64,000 bases of DNA from the human T2T-CHM13v2.0 reference genome, Homo sapiens: assembly GCF_009914755.1 (NCBI RefSeq), contig NC_060942.1; one strand, given 5' to 3'. Shown here piece by piece: positions 13,691-26,929 of this stretch. The number at the start of each line of letters is the position of its first letter. The first letter of the stretch is position 1. The position numbers were made by a program, and so were the translations under genes. Under the pieces are notes generated by a model. That model worked only from the letters and a program-made list of their open reading frames with translations, was not told the origin of the DNA and searched no databases.

Positions 13691-16047
13691 GGGGAACTTC
13701 CCTTTTGACTGTCCCTATATCAATTCTACATCTTTCAAGGCCCACCCAAATTCTTCCTTTTTCTTGAATCACATGAAAAGATAAGGACATGATGCCAACT
13801 CATACCAATCATTCCTGAATACATCACACAAAATCTGCACTTCATAATTTAAGCTGAGATGGGAGCAACTTTCATTTGTGAAACAATGCCTTTGATAGAC
13901 TATAACTCACTAGACTGAAACCCTCCTTAGGGCAGAGGTAAAGTGTTGTATTTCTTCAATAGTTTCTATAATTGGAGCACTCCAGTAGGCATTCCAGAAA
14001 TATGTTAATTAAGTTGCTGAGCCCATGTTCCAAAAATATAACTGAATCTCACTCAACTGAAATAAGTAATTAAGTATAGATTCTAATATAAGGCATTGAG
14101 ATCTAACAAGAATATTTAAATGAAAGAAGAGATCCTTAAAAAGATGTTTTGTGCTAGAAAATTTAAGCCAATTTTGAAAAATGAATAAACCAATATACAT
14201 TACTTAGATATTTAAAGCACATGTGGCAAGCATTAATCCCATGTTCAAAACTCAGATGCAATCTCATGGAGAAATAAAATAGAGCAAGTGAAATATTATT
14301 GCTAATGTGTTGTACTCCTTACACACAAATGTCCTTCCAGGAAAAGAATAAATGAGATAGATGAAAAAGTCAAGTAAAATTATACTCATGACTATGAATA
14401 GGACTTGTAGTTTAAGGATTTTAATAATGAGGAGTAATATCACAAACATACACTTCTTGATGATTTCCCAAATATCACTTACTGGAAAATAAAACGAATA
14501 TCATTACATTTTGAAAATTATTCTTGTTACAGTTTCCACTAAAACAAAAGAAAATCACCACCTCTTCAAAATTACAATGACCTTTAAGAAGTTGCCAATT
14601 TAACAAGGACTAGAGGGGAGTCCTGGGCATTTGCCCTTGACTGCAGAATGTAAGTCTACCAATAAATAAAAATGGAGGGTAAAGACTCATAGAAGAAAGG
14701 GAGTCAGATATTAACACATTCTTTCCTTTGCTTTCTACTCACAAATCACTCCCTTTCCCCCTTTACTATAGATGATCTATGTGAAGGTTGGTTACTTCTA
14801 TACATGCTCCCAGTCTCAAGAAGCATACCAAGCTGAGCGCTTAAGGGATATAATGGAGAATAGAATCTAATCTAGCAGATATTCACCATAAACTCTCTTT
14901 TAATCTTTACCAAACTCTGACTTCCTATCTGTGCACCCCGTTCTGGCTTTGCCATATCATTAATATGTTTCCCAGAATCTTAACTCTCGGCTTGTATACT
15001 AATTAACGAAACTCATCTCCTTCACTCAGACACAGCATTGATGAGATACATCTTTGTCATTTGATCCACTGTTCCAGCATCAGGACTCAGCCTCTCTTGA
15101 GATATGTTCCAGAAGGCAGCTTAATGATGCAGCTGCCAATATGGTTCTCCACTGGTACATACATGTGACTTCCCTCCCTATTGACCTGATTAAAGCAGAT
15201 GTATTACAGTGTGAGGCACACCCTATTTTCACATTCGAGGAGCTTTAGCTGACAATCAAGAATACTCATTTAATTTATTTCCAACCAACCATCATTAATT
15301 TCCAACTGGCTTATCATACATAGTATCACCCAGGTGGTTAACACTATATATTTTATAGTTAACGATTCAAAATGGTTGAAATAGAGATGATGAAAAAGAC
15401 TTCCCCATGTTAAAATTATTGTGCTTTTGCTCCCTAAAGCCTAGAAGTTTGACTTTGTATGGCCATTCTTCTATCTATTGGAGTGGGCCTACAATTGTTT
15501 TCAGAGATGATTGCATGATACATAGACAAATAGATAGACATAAAAAATGAACAATCTGATAACTATTCAACAGTGAAGTGCATTTACATCATATAATATA
15601 AGCAGAATGATGCCCAATTGATAAAAGCTATAGTGAGCATATTTCAAAAGGACCAGTCCTCAGGTAATAACTGATGAATCTTCTACTTACTCCAAAATCT
15701 TCAAAAATAATCTTCTGTGGAATAAAGTAAAAGTATCTAGATGGGTATCACTAATTATGCTGTCTGTTATTTCATACTTAAGATGTGTTTCTTACCTCCT
15801 TTCTAACAGTCTGTCCTGCTTTTCCTTTCTGTTAATTCCATGTTCTAGCAGATTAAGAATCTGACAATGGAGTCCCCCGTTTCCTACTCCTTTGACATTT
15901 AACCTTCCTCTCTCTCTAACATGTTTGTTCAAATCCTATTCAGCCTTCAAAGCCCAACTAAAACATCACCATGTTTAGGAGATCTTTCTTGATTTCTTCA
16001 TACTGATAGGCTCTCTTTCCACTCTAAGGTTCCAGGCACTTGCTTAT

Positions 16048-16409
16048 TGTATTAGTCTGTTTTCATGCTGCTGATAAAGACATACCTGAGACTGGGTAAT
16101 TTATAAGAAAATGAGGTTTAGGACTCACAGTTCCACGTGGCTGGGGAGGCCTCACAATTATGGCGGAAGGCAAAAGACACGTCTTACACGGCGGCAGACA
16201 AGAGAGGGAGTGATAGCCAAGTGAAAGGAGAAACTTCTTATAAAACCATGAGATCTCATGAGACTTATTCACCACCAAAAGAATAGCACGGGAAAGACTT
16301 GCCCCCATGATTCAATTATTTCCCACTAGGTCCCTCCCACAACATGTGGGAATTATGGGAATTACAATACAAGATGAGATTTGGGTGGGAACACAGCCAA
16401 GCCATATCT
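16048..16409 (-). mobile_element. THE1 (MaLR) solo LTR
   Basis: TGTATTAGTCTGTTTTCATGCTGCTGATAAAGACATACC...GAGATTTGGGTGGGAACACAGCCAAGCCATATC; 5-bp TSD CTTAT on both sides. Confidence 0.95.
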
Positions 16410-16439
16410 CTTATATTTATCTAATTGTTCTTATGTCAC

Positions 16440-16613
16440 CCAGTACAGCGGAATGGCTAAGAGTCAGACTCTGCAGTCAGATGCAGCTGGAGTCCCATTC
16501 CCAGCACACCTCACTAAACTTTAATTTCTTCATATATATAACGAGGATAATTGTAAGAGTTACCTTGCAGCATTTTCAAAATATTAAGTACTCAATAAAG
16601 TTTAGCCATTATT
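16440..16613 (+). mobile_element. MIR
   Basis: GGCTAAGAGTCAGACTCTGCAGTCAGA...TACTCAATAAAGTTAGCCATTATT. Confidence 0.7.
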
Positions 16614-18876
16614 AGATATTTTAAAATTATGCATTATGGTTGTCAGCATTTATTTCCATATTTTGAAATTTTTTCTCTAAGAAAAATCTACTAATTGATC
16701 ATGAGAAAAAAAATAACTGGGGCCAATAAAAACAGCATTATGCTTTTTTTTTTTTTTTAAGTATTACTTCTTGGTATGAAACTGTTTTGGAAAGTTCCTT
16801 ACTCTGTAACTAATAAAACCACTGGAACAAATCTGGAGGACAATCAGTTACTTTGCAATTAAAAAAACCTATGTTTTGTATATTTCAGGTCTTTGGCTCC
16901 TGGGTTTAAATAAAATACTTACTTGCTAACTCTAAAAGATAGGAATGCTAATTCAGTTTTTGGAAAAGGCTATATGAAAAATGAAACCTTTCCTGTATTC
17001 TTTGTTTTATATTTCATGCTATCTCACATGTATACAATTCTCACTTCAGTATACTACTTTAGGCATAATAAAGATTTAAGAAAGATTTATTAAATAGGTC
17101 TCCTGAAGTTGTTTAAATCAAACACGAATTTGACCCTGCAGTTCAGCAACATAGGTTAAATGGCCACACACTGGATTACTTGAAAGCCAGGGCAACTAAG
17201 AACCTTGGAAACCAAAGAATGTATATAGGGCCAGCCAGTATATCAGTAACTGTATTTAGAATTCACAGAGGATAACCAGCCATGTCTTTCCATTACATTA
17301 TCTTGCCTAATAGAGGTCAAATGACTGATCTGCCTGCTAACAGAGTTTAGCAAAGGAATCAGAGGTTAATTACCTTCACTCCTTTTTACAAAAGCTAAAT
17401 GTCCTAAGAATTACTGCATCATTATCCAGATAGAACAAAAGCACAAACAAAACATTAAAACATTACCTGGGGAATAATGTTCTAATATTCATCTAACTGA
17501 AAGGTCATTATCTCTAGAACTTTAACTTTTAAAATTCAACTACTGTGCAAGCATATTTATTAATGAGTAAAATAATATGTACTTAAACTCAAAATATTTA
17601 GTACATTAATGGGATTTTCATGGTTTTCATTAGCATTCATTTTCCTTTTCCTTACATAATTAAATTTTGAAAATATAATCCTAATAAAATTGGCATGTAA
17701 GATATCTCCCTCTAGTTTACTGGCAGGAGCTTGTACTAGAAACAGCATTAGACAGGGAGATAAGAGACCTGGGTTTTAAACCTATCAGTTACTGAACAAG
17801 CTCTGTATGCACTTAGACAAAACCGAGTATCCTTGCTCATTAAAAAAAAAGGGATGTTTACCTATGAGAATCAAGTAGAACTGCTTTCTGACTATGCTAT
17901 GTAGAATGCGAAGTGATTAAACATCACAGATTATTATACTTCCTTTTGATAACCCACATAATATGGCCATGTGACTGTTTTAAGTAACCAAATGGAGAAA
18001 ACACAAATATCATGATATTGAAGGAAAGAAGCAGAATTGTTCCATCTCCATTTGAACCTACTCTACTGGCACATCTAATCCACAAGTTTGAGGATGAGAT
18101 TAAGTGCAACCATTTCAATGGCTCCTACCAAATAAATAAAATAACTCTGGATCAATTATCCAGACTCAGGGAAATGGAAAAGATTAGTGTAAAACACCCT
18201 TTCACTCTGCTAATAAGATGTACAAAAGTCAAAACAGCTTCCATACACTATGGTAATGTCATAAAATGGTAAACTGAGCCATGCGACAAGCAATTTCACC
18301 CTCTCAAATAACTTTGGTCAACAGGAACGAGACTTACTCCTAAATTGAGTGCTAATGACAGAATTGAAGATATTATTCAATATTCTATCTGATGGATAAT
18401 GAAAAGTAAATGTTTAACCTACCTAATATCGGCTCTATCCAAGTTTCTTAGGGTCCAGGGAGGACATTTGCAGAGCTAAATTTTCATTGTGAAGGCAACT
18501 GCACACACTAAGTCTGATTTCGAAAGATCTCTCTCTTCTCAGAGAAGTTATTAAGTTAATATGTTGAAATTTATTAGACTAGCACCTGGATCTTAGTAAG
18601 TGCTCAGCAAGTTGAGATCCTTATAATTATTATTATTACTGATCTGATAACCATCTTTGTGTTCATGTGGAACCATCCAGTCCACTTTGATGACAGAATG
18701 TAATAGCAGGGATTAGTTCATTTTCATACACTATATCTTGTTCATCAAAGGAATTTTATTTTTCATCTTTGGAAAACAGGTTGAACCTTTTAAGAGCAAT
18801 AGTGTGAGTTTTCCTTTGTTATTTTTTAACATCAGGGCTAACTCTAGATCAAATACTCTCTCTATATTTCCTCGTT

Positions 18877-19118
18877 CTAATATAGCTGAATTTACCCTAT
18901 CCTCATTTATCATTTCAACAATCAAAAAGGTCAGAATGCCGACCAATCGAGAAAGACTACCTAGCCTATCTGAAGGCTAGACCCTGTAATTTCACAGGCA
19001 GTGTCTTCTCAGAATACTATTCTATTGCTTTTTATTATTAGAAAACAAACAAAAATCTATCTTATTCACTGACCTAGTAAACATGAACAACCCCAAATTT
19101 TCCATTAACTGATATTAG
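18877..19118 (+). repeat. Local duplication A, copy 1 (probable source)
   Basis: About 94% identical by hand alignment to 20423-20669. Confidence 0.95.
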
Positions 19119-20422
19119 AAATTAGAATATCTTTGATGCTTTGTTGGATTCATCCTACGTCTTTGCTTTCAAAGTTTTTCCAACCCCTGCTCCTTTTCTC
19201 TCCACTCCCTTTATCTTCTTTGCTGATTCCGAACTCCACTGTGGCTGTAATGCCTCCCTAATGCCTGCAACAGTGCCTCATTGCCATGGAAATAATCACT
19301 TTAAAAAACAATACAATACAATACAATAAGTAATAATGAAAGCTTAGGCAGGCTGTACAGTAGGAAGGGAGGGTAGACTCAGAAATAGAACCCAGACTTA
19401 CTGACACTAACAGCTACTCCCTTAATGTAGTCCTTAGATCACTAGTTTCCTCTCTTATTTTCACTCTCATTTTCATATACATACTCTCCGATGATCTCAG
19501 GCAGCATATAGATTTTGAATAAAGAAAATGCCAAAGTAGCAGTGAGACAATGAAACTTGTTCTATAATTATTTGAGATCATAGCTAGTGTACAACCTGTA
19601 TGTTCAGGAAAAGTTAGCTCTCAAAATGCCCTCCTCAGACCCCCTGAAATCTGGGTCAAAACGGCATTAGATTGGATATTTGTTTTTCATTCTTTTTTAG
19701 TTACATCATCACAATACTTTCATTTTTTTTTCCCAAACCTTAGCAGAAAACTCTGTTGTTGATCACATCTGATTTGAGAGATGCAGATTGCTGGTTGCTG
19801 CCAGGAATAATGTGTCACATTATATAAATAAATAAAACAAGCGCCATGGGAATGAGCAGTAGGCACCTCACAGAAACCACCGGGTAGCATCCAATTGACA
19901 GGCTGTTCTAGGAAAAGAAATCTACAGATTCAGGGCTGTCACCATCCAGAGACTTCTAAAACAAGATACATAATACAAATACACACAAATATAATACATT
20001 GGAAAGTAAATTTATTTTTTTACATGTTACTTTCATTGCTTTAGTTACGAATAATTTCATAGTAGTGGTGGAGCCATGTGGAATCCAGTTAGAGTAAACA
20101 TGCCTGTAAATTGGCACTAATGTTATGCTGTTGTTGAAATCACTTTTGTAGAGAATATGAACTTTCTGTAGGTATTTAGAGGAAAGCTTATGAAAGCTTT
20201 TCAAGCACAGAAAAGCACAAAGAAATATATGGAATGAGAACTGGGACTTTAAGAAGCTGCCTCAAGGATTTAGAAAATGGCCTGGTGTGGGCTAAATGAA
20301 GTGTCACATTTAAGGGTCATTTCCTCAACAAACATTTGAATGTGTTTGTGACAAGGGATTGCTGGGGGCTGGGGAAGGGGGTGGCTACAATGATAGCTAT
20401 GACTTCTTCTTATGTCCCCATA

Positions 20423-20669
20423 CTAATATAGCTAAATTTATCCTATCCTCATTTATCATTTTGACAATCAGAAAGGTCAGAATGCCGACCAGATCGAGAA
20501 AGACTACCTAGACTATCTGAAGGCTAGATCCCGTAATTTCACAGGCAGTGTCTTCTCAGAATAGTATTCCATTTCTTTTTATTATTAGAAGACAAACAAA
20601 AATCTGACTATCTTATTCACTGACCTAGTAAACATGAACAACCCCAAATTTTCCATTAACTGACATTAG
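20423..20669 (+). repeat. Local duplication A, copy 2 (inserted in an L2 tail)
   Basis: Matches 18877-19118; L2-tail-like sequence on both flanks. Confidence 0.95.
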
Positions 20670-21942
20670 GGACTCAAACATTCCATCAGGAGATTACAGT
20701 CCACTGGATATGGCAAATTATCAAATATAACTATAGTCCATCATGATTAATGTCACATTAGCTATAAGTAGAAGCAAGAATGACAGTGATGTAACAGTTT
20801 TAAGTGAGCTGTAGTTGTATAGCCAGTCGACCTGTCCAAGGTCAAAGAGCTGGCTCAGAGTTAATACAGGTGATAATGGGAAAATATGGGCATGAGTTTT
20901 CTTAGGTCTACAGAGTAATGAGAAAGATCACATATGCAGAGTATTTAAAAGGAAATAGGGATATGGGCAGCAACTCTTTTAGAGACCATTACAAACTGAC
21001 TGTCTGGGAGAACAACACTCTGAGGCCCAGGTATGTGAGAATGAAAATAAGCAAACAGAAAGTAGGGCTATGTTTAGAATGGAGAAGATGCTGGTTAAAG
21101 CAAAAGAAATGAGGCAAAGAAAGAAAGATAGGAGAGCATCAGGTTGCATAATAGGGATAATTAGGGTATAAAATCTGTGGAGCATGACTGTTTGGGGTGA
21201 AAGAGAAATGTGGCCTCTATAATATTCTGAGATAAGTAAGAGTAAACTACCTTTCTAAGTCACTCGCAATGAAACAAGATTTAAGTTAGTATGGGGATGA
21301 TGCTGTTATTCTTCAATATTTAGGGACCACCCATTGTGTTCTAAATACCTAAACCCTCATTGGAATTGTAATAAAAACCATGGGACTGGATGAAAAGGAT
21401 AAGATGAAGAAATGAGGGAGCAAGGTTGAGTGAAAAGGTAGGCAATATCAATCAGTCAAGAGGCATTTATTAAGCCTCTATAACAAACACACCTGCACAG
21501 CATTTTTCTAGATTCTTTGGGGAGTAAAAAAAGAATTTAATAGTCTGATTGGGAAATAAGCCACATTTGAGTGAAAATAAACCACACAAGGCTATACATA
21601 AGTAATTAATGTAATAAAGATTTAAGCTGGGCCATATATGTGACCAGACGATGATTTTAAAATGTTATTATAAGTAATTGTGATGGAAGTATATTGTTTA
21701 AATGGAAATAAATACACTTCATTTTAATTTCATGACTATTATGCTGCTTATTCTAGGGCATACTTCTAATTATGTCTCTTGCTCATAAGAACAAACTGTC
21801 TTCTGCACTATCTCTAAGTCCAGTGCTTTCTCTATGACATTTTGGGGGACAACTAAGCTGTCTAGAATAAATGCACATACAGCAGAAGGGAAGAATGAAG
21901 AAGAAATGCAGCTGAGGAAGTTAAGTAAAGAAAGGCACAGGT

Positions 21943-22224
<282 letters not shown>

Positions 22225-22239
22225 AAAAGGCCCAGGTAA

Positions 22240-22830
22240 TGAAGTGTCTCTTTTGCCAAGCTCAGGAAATTGGACTGTTCTCTACAGGGACTGAGTGCCT
22301 AGTGGGGAAGAATCGGGGTCAGCAGTGTGGAGGACGGAGTGGAAGCTAGGCATAAACAGTGAGCTAAAGTCATATTTAAATCTTTGCAATATTTCAAGAG
22401 ACAAATGAGGCTCTGAATTAGGGTAAGGGCAATGCTAAAGAGTGTTAAGAAATGCAGCAGACAGGACACAGTAAAGTAAAACATAGAGAGGGGAAACTCA
22501 AGAATGACACTCAAGTTTCTGATTAGAGGATGGTGAAGCTAATGACCAAGAAGGAGACGGTTTCGAAGGAAAAAATGGTTTCAGTTTTGCACATGTGCCT
22601 GTGGCACATCCATAGGGAAGTATGTAGGAGGTAGATGGATATGCAGCTTGGAACGCAGGAGACATTCCTTCACCTGGAGATACTAGAGCTAGGGGTCATT
22701 AGTGAAGAAAGCCATTGGAGCTGCGGGAAAGGGTGAGCTTGCCTAGAGGGTACATATAGTTCAGGAACAGAACCATTAGGACAACGGCATTTAAGGAATG
22801 GGTAAAGGCAGAAAGAAATTGGTGAAGAAA
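22240..22830 (-). mobile_element. L2 body fragment
   Basis: AGAATGACACTCAAGTTTCTG, TCAGTTTTGCACATGTG and GCTTGGAACGCAGGAG L2 antisense motifs. Confidence 0.65.
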
Positions 22831-23024
22831 AATAAGGAGTCATGTTGTACTGAAACTATTGCAGGTAAGATGCCCAAATTTTTCTTTATCACAGTCTTTA
22901 CAAACTTCAGACTTCATATTAGGAAGGAAAAAGTTACTCTCCCCCACCTGCTGGCTATTACTTACAGCCAAAGACATCTTAACTGTAAAGTATCTAATAT
23001 AATTTTAACAATTATCTCATATAC

Positions 23025-23786
23025 GTATCAGGAAAGTAACAACCACAATGAGATATCACCTCACACCCATCAGGTTGGCTACTATCAAAACAAAAACAAA
23101 AAAAGAAAATAATGTCAGTGAGGATGTGGAGAAACTGGAGCCCTTGTCTACTGTTGACGGGAGTGTAAAATAGTACAGCCACTCTGAAAAAGTTTGGCAG
23201 TTCCTCAAAATATTAAAAATTGAGTTGTCATAAGATCCAGCAGTTCCACTTCTGGGTATATGGCCAAAAACATTGAAAGCAATGTCTTGAAGTGACACTT
23301 GTACACCTATGTTCATAGTAGCACTATTCACAATAACTAAAAAGTGGAAGCAACACAACTGATCATTGATGGATGAATGGATGAACAAAATATGATATAT
23401 AGAAACTATGAATTATTATTCATCCTTAAAAAGGAAGGACATTCTAACACATGCTACAACACGGATGAACCTTGAGAACATTATACTAAGTAAAATAAGC
23501 CAGTCACAAAAAGATGAATACTTTATGATTCTACTTAAATGAAGTGTCTAGAATAGTCAAATTCATGGCAAGAGAAATAAAGTAGAATGATGGCTGCCAA
23601 GGGGTACGGGTAGGGGAAAATGGGGAGTTCTTTAATGGGCATAGAGTTTCAGTTTTGTAAGAGGAAAAATTTCTGAAGACTGATTGCACAAAAATATGAA
23701 TGTACTTAACACTACTGAACTGTACACTTAAAAATGGCTGACATGGTAAATTTAATGTTCTGTGTAATTTACTACAATGGAAAATT
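23025..23786 (+). mobile_element. L1MB 3' end
   Basis: ACCACAATGAGATATCACCTCACACCC, GATCCAGCAGTTCCACTTCTGGGTATATG, ACACTACTGAACTGTACACTTAAAAATGG. Confidence 0.9.
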
Positions 23787-24445
23787 GTATAAAGCAACTG
23801 AATGGTGACAGCAAAAACAGATTGACTGTAGAATGATTTTCTATGATTGGTTAAATTAAATGATTTTTATTTTCTTCTTTATCTTCATGGATTATCCAAA
23901 ATTACTACAATGGGATGTGTACCTTTTATAGTTAAAATAGAAGTTATTCCAATGAACTAGTTCACACTACCCATTATACGCAAATTGATGTACATCTCCA
24001 ATGTGCTTTCAGAGCAACTGCATTATTCTGTTATATTCTGTGTCACGAGTTTGCTGTTGGCACACAATGACGTCTATTAAGATGCACATCAATTACTATA
24101 ACCTGCAATTAATAATGCATAGTTTAGATATTACTGGTGAATAGTCTTCATTATTAAATCTAGATGTCTATTTCCTTCATATTTCTAAGATACTTCTACT
24201 TCAAGATTAATTCATTTAATTTAACTGAACATCAGCTACATGTAGGGCACTGTGTTAGTCCCTCCAGTGGCTACAGGGCTAAATGAGGTATGGTTTTTGA
24301 TCTTAAGAAATACATTCTAATAGTGTATTGTATTGTTCTCCAAAATATTCTCTGCCCTTCCTTATGGAAAGAATATATGTCCCCATACCATGTTGGCCCA
24401 TAACAAATTGTGTGAAAAAAAAAAAAGATGTATTCCTCCCCCTTT

Positions 24446-25060
24446 TTTCTTAATTAATAAATCTTATGTTTTTATAGCAGTTTTAGGTTCACAGGAAAAT
24501 TGAAAGGAAAGGACAGAGGTCCCATGCACCCCTGTCCCCACATGTTCACAACACTACTGACATCCCATATCACAGTGGTACACTTGTTGTAATTGATGAA
24601 CCTCTATTGACACATCATTATCACCCAAAGTCCACAGTTTCTACATCAGAGCTCATTCTCGGTGTTGCACATTCTACGAGCTTTGAAAAATGTATAATGA
24701 CATGTGTCCACCATTGTAGTATCATATAGAATAGTTCCACTGCCCTAAAAATTCTCTGTGCCCAACCTATTCATCCTTCCATTCCTCCTAACCCCTGGTG
24801 ACCACAAATCCTTTTACTATCTCCATTGTTCTGACCTTTCTAGAACGTCATACAGTTGGAGTCATACAGTACATAGGCTTTTCAGATTATTTTCTTTCAC
24901 TTAGTACGGATTTAGTTTCCTTCATGTCTTTTTGTGGCTTGATAGCTGAATAATATTCCACTGTCTGGATGTACCACAGTTTATCCATCCACTGATGGAA
25001 GACATCTTGGTTGCCTCCCAGTTTTTGGCAGTTATGAATAAAATTTCTATAAAAATCATA
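24446..25060 (-). mobile_element. L1MC 3' end (L1MC1/2-like)
   Basis: AGCAGTTTTAGGTTCACAG, TTGATGAACCTCTATTGACACATCATTATCACCCAAAGTCC, GATGTACCACAGTTTATCCAT. Confidence 0.85.
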
Positions 25061-26929
25061 GGCAGTTCTAGAGGCCCCTGGGCAAAGCTTTGAGATCTTT
25101 AACACTGTTTTTCACGGTTCCTCCATGTTCTCTTTTGCCTCTGACCTGTAACTGGAAGTGCTCCTCTTGGGCCTGCTCCATCAGCCTGCGCTCATCTTGG
25201 AAGAAAGAAGCTTGGTACGGTCAGTAGTACAGAATGGTCATATACCTTAAACACACTGTTACCTGAATTTAACTTAGCCTATCCCGATTGACACATATAA
25301 TCAAGTCCAGTGTATCCTTTTTATATAAATTTGCTTTAAGCCAGATAAACATAATCTCCCAGAAGAGCTTATCTATGTCACAAAACAGACATATATATTT
25401 CCCAAGGAAGATGCTCCTCCTGCAATCACTTTCTCAAATGCAAGCATTTGTTTTTCAACAGCACTGAGCAGGAGGCCTCTTCAACTAGGGAAACTCAACC
25501 GGGTCACTTTTCCCACCCTTCCTTCATTTAATAAAAATGGCAGAGTCCAGTTGCGGAAGATGTGCTCAGAAAGTTTGCTTTCTTCATCCTGCTTTTGCCT
25601 TTGGCCAGTTTGACCCACGGTGGGGTTTCTTAATTTCTAGCATCTCAATTTCTTGCTTAAGAAATAGTCCTATTTACCTATTTCACCATCCTCTAGTGTT
25701 CACTCAGTGGTTATTTCTTTGCTACCTCAAATGCCGAGTAATATTCACCCCAATCCATAGCTGGCTGACACCTATTTTCGGTGATTTCTGTGGTACTGAT
25801 TGGTGAAGATCCCCTTAGCTTGAAGGAAATTGAAGAAGCGACTACATAGCCCATAACATCCCTTTTGAATTCCAGCTTGCAATTTAAATAACCTGGTCCT
25901 TCCTAGAAGCATAAACCTTCAGGATTGCTCAAGTAGAAATACTGACTTTTATTTTGCCTCTTGGTCAGACAGATCTACACCCTTTGTTAAGGTATGCTCC
26001 CAGAAACGCATGTTCTTGGGCTAAACATTTACCTCATGGGAGCCTAAGGAGTTTCTGAATGTCTCCAGAACAGTAGTTTACTGTAATGGAGAAGCAGTCC
26101 AGCCTCATTCCCTCCACATCTACACATGGCTTTGATACCGTACCCTCTTTATTTGGTCTAAAAATATTTTTAAAGAAAAAAAGTCACACTACAAAGGCGA
26201 TTGAGGTAGTTGGTTTTTAATCAGTTACTGATTTGTTGTTGTCACTTGTTTTGGTTAGAAACCCTTAAAAGGAGAAATTCAACTGATGGCTCTCTTCTCA
26301 TGAACCGAAAGTTCAATTTCCCCTGACGAAAGTGGGTCAAGGGAAATGAAACCAGTTTCCTCCTGATTACTAGGTCATAAAAAACGGATTCCAGAGCCAG
26401 CAATCGCCACCAGCAACCCAGATGGGTAGCCCAAAGCCTGTTGAGGGGCAGTTGGTAGGCAGCACAGCCTGAGATTCATGGATAGAGACCTCCTGCTCCA
26501 CATCATTATGGTATGTTAGTGGAGGAGCTGCTCATATCCAGGTGGGACTTCTCTACCTCCCCTTAGGAAGCTGCATGATCTGTTCACTTATTGTTTGATT
26601 GGGCCCTTAAAATGTGAGTGAAAATACACCAGAATTTTCCCATGAAAGGTTAACAAAGTTCTAGGGGTCCTCATTATAGACCATTTAATAATGTATTATT
26701 TATTCTGAGGCTGTATCCAAGTTTCAGATGCTCCAAGAAAAAAAAGGAATTTGATCTTGTGTCATAACACACTTTAAAAAATGCCTTCTTGAGGACAACT
26801 AGTTAAAAGAGAGTGCTGCTAGGTCTCTTCCCTTGGCTGATCCACCTACTCAAAGTTTAAAGGCTCATATAAGACAGGAAGCTTTATAATCTACTAAACT
26901 CTGTAATAACTGTACAGTCTACAGTGATT

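Noticed and set aside
24323-25210. Possible MLT1 LTR split by the L1MC
   Set aside because: Too degenerate to support by eye; not listed as a feature
26478-26516. + strand ATG...ATG/GTATGT mini first exon (MDRDLLLHIIM)
   Set aside because: Peptide not recognised, opposite to the inferred host strand, and the motif is expected by chance
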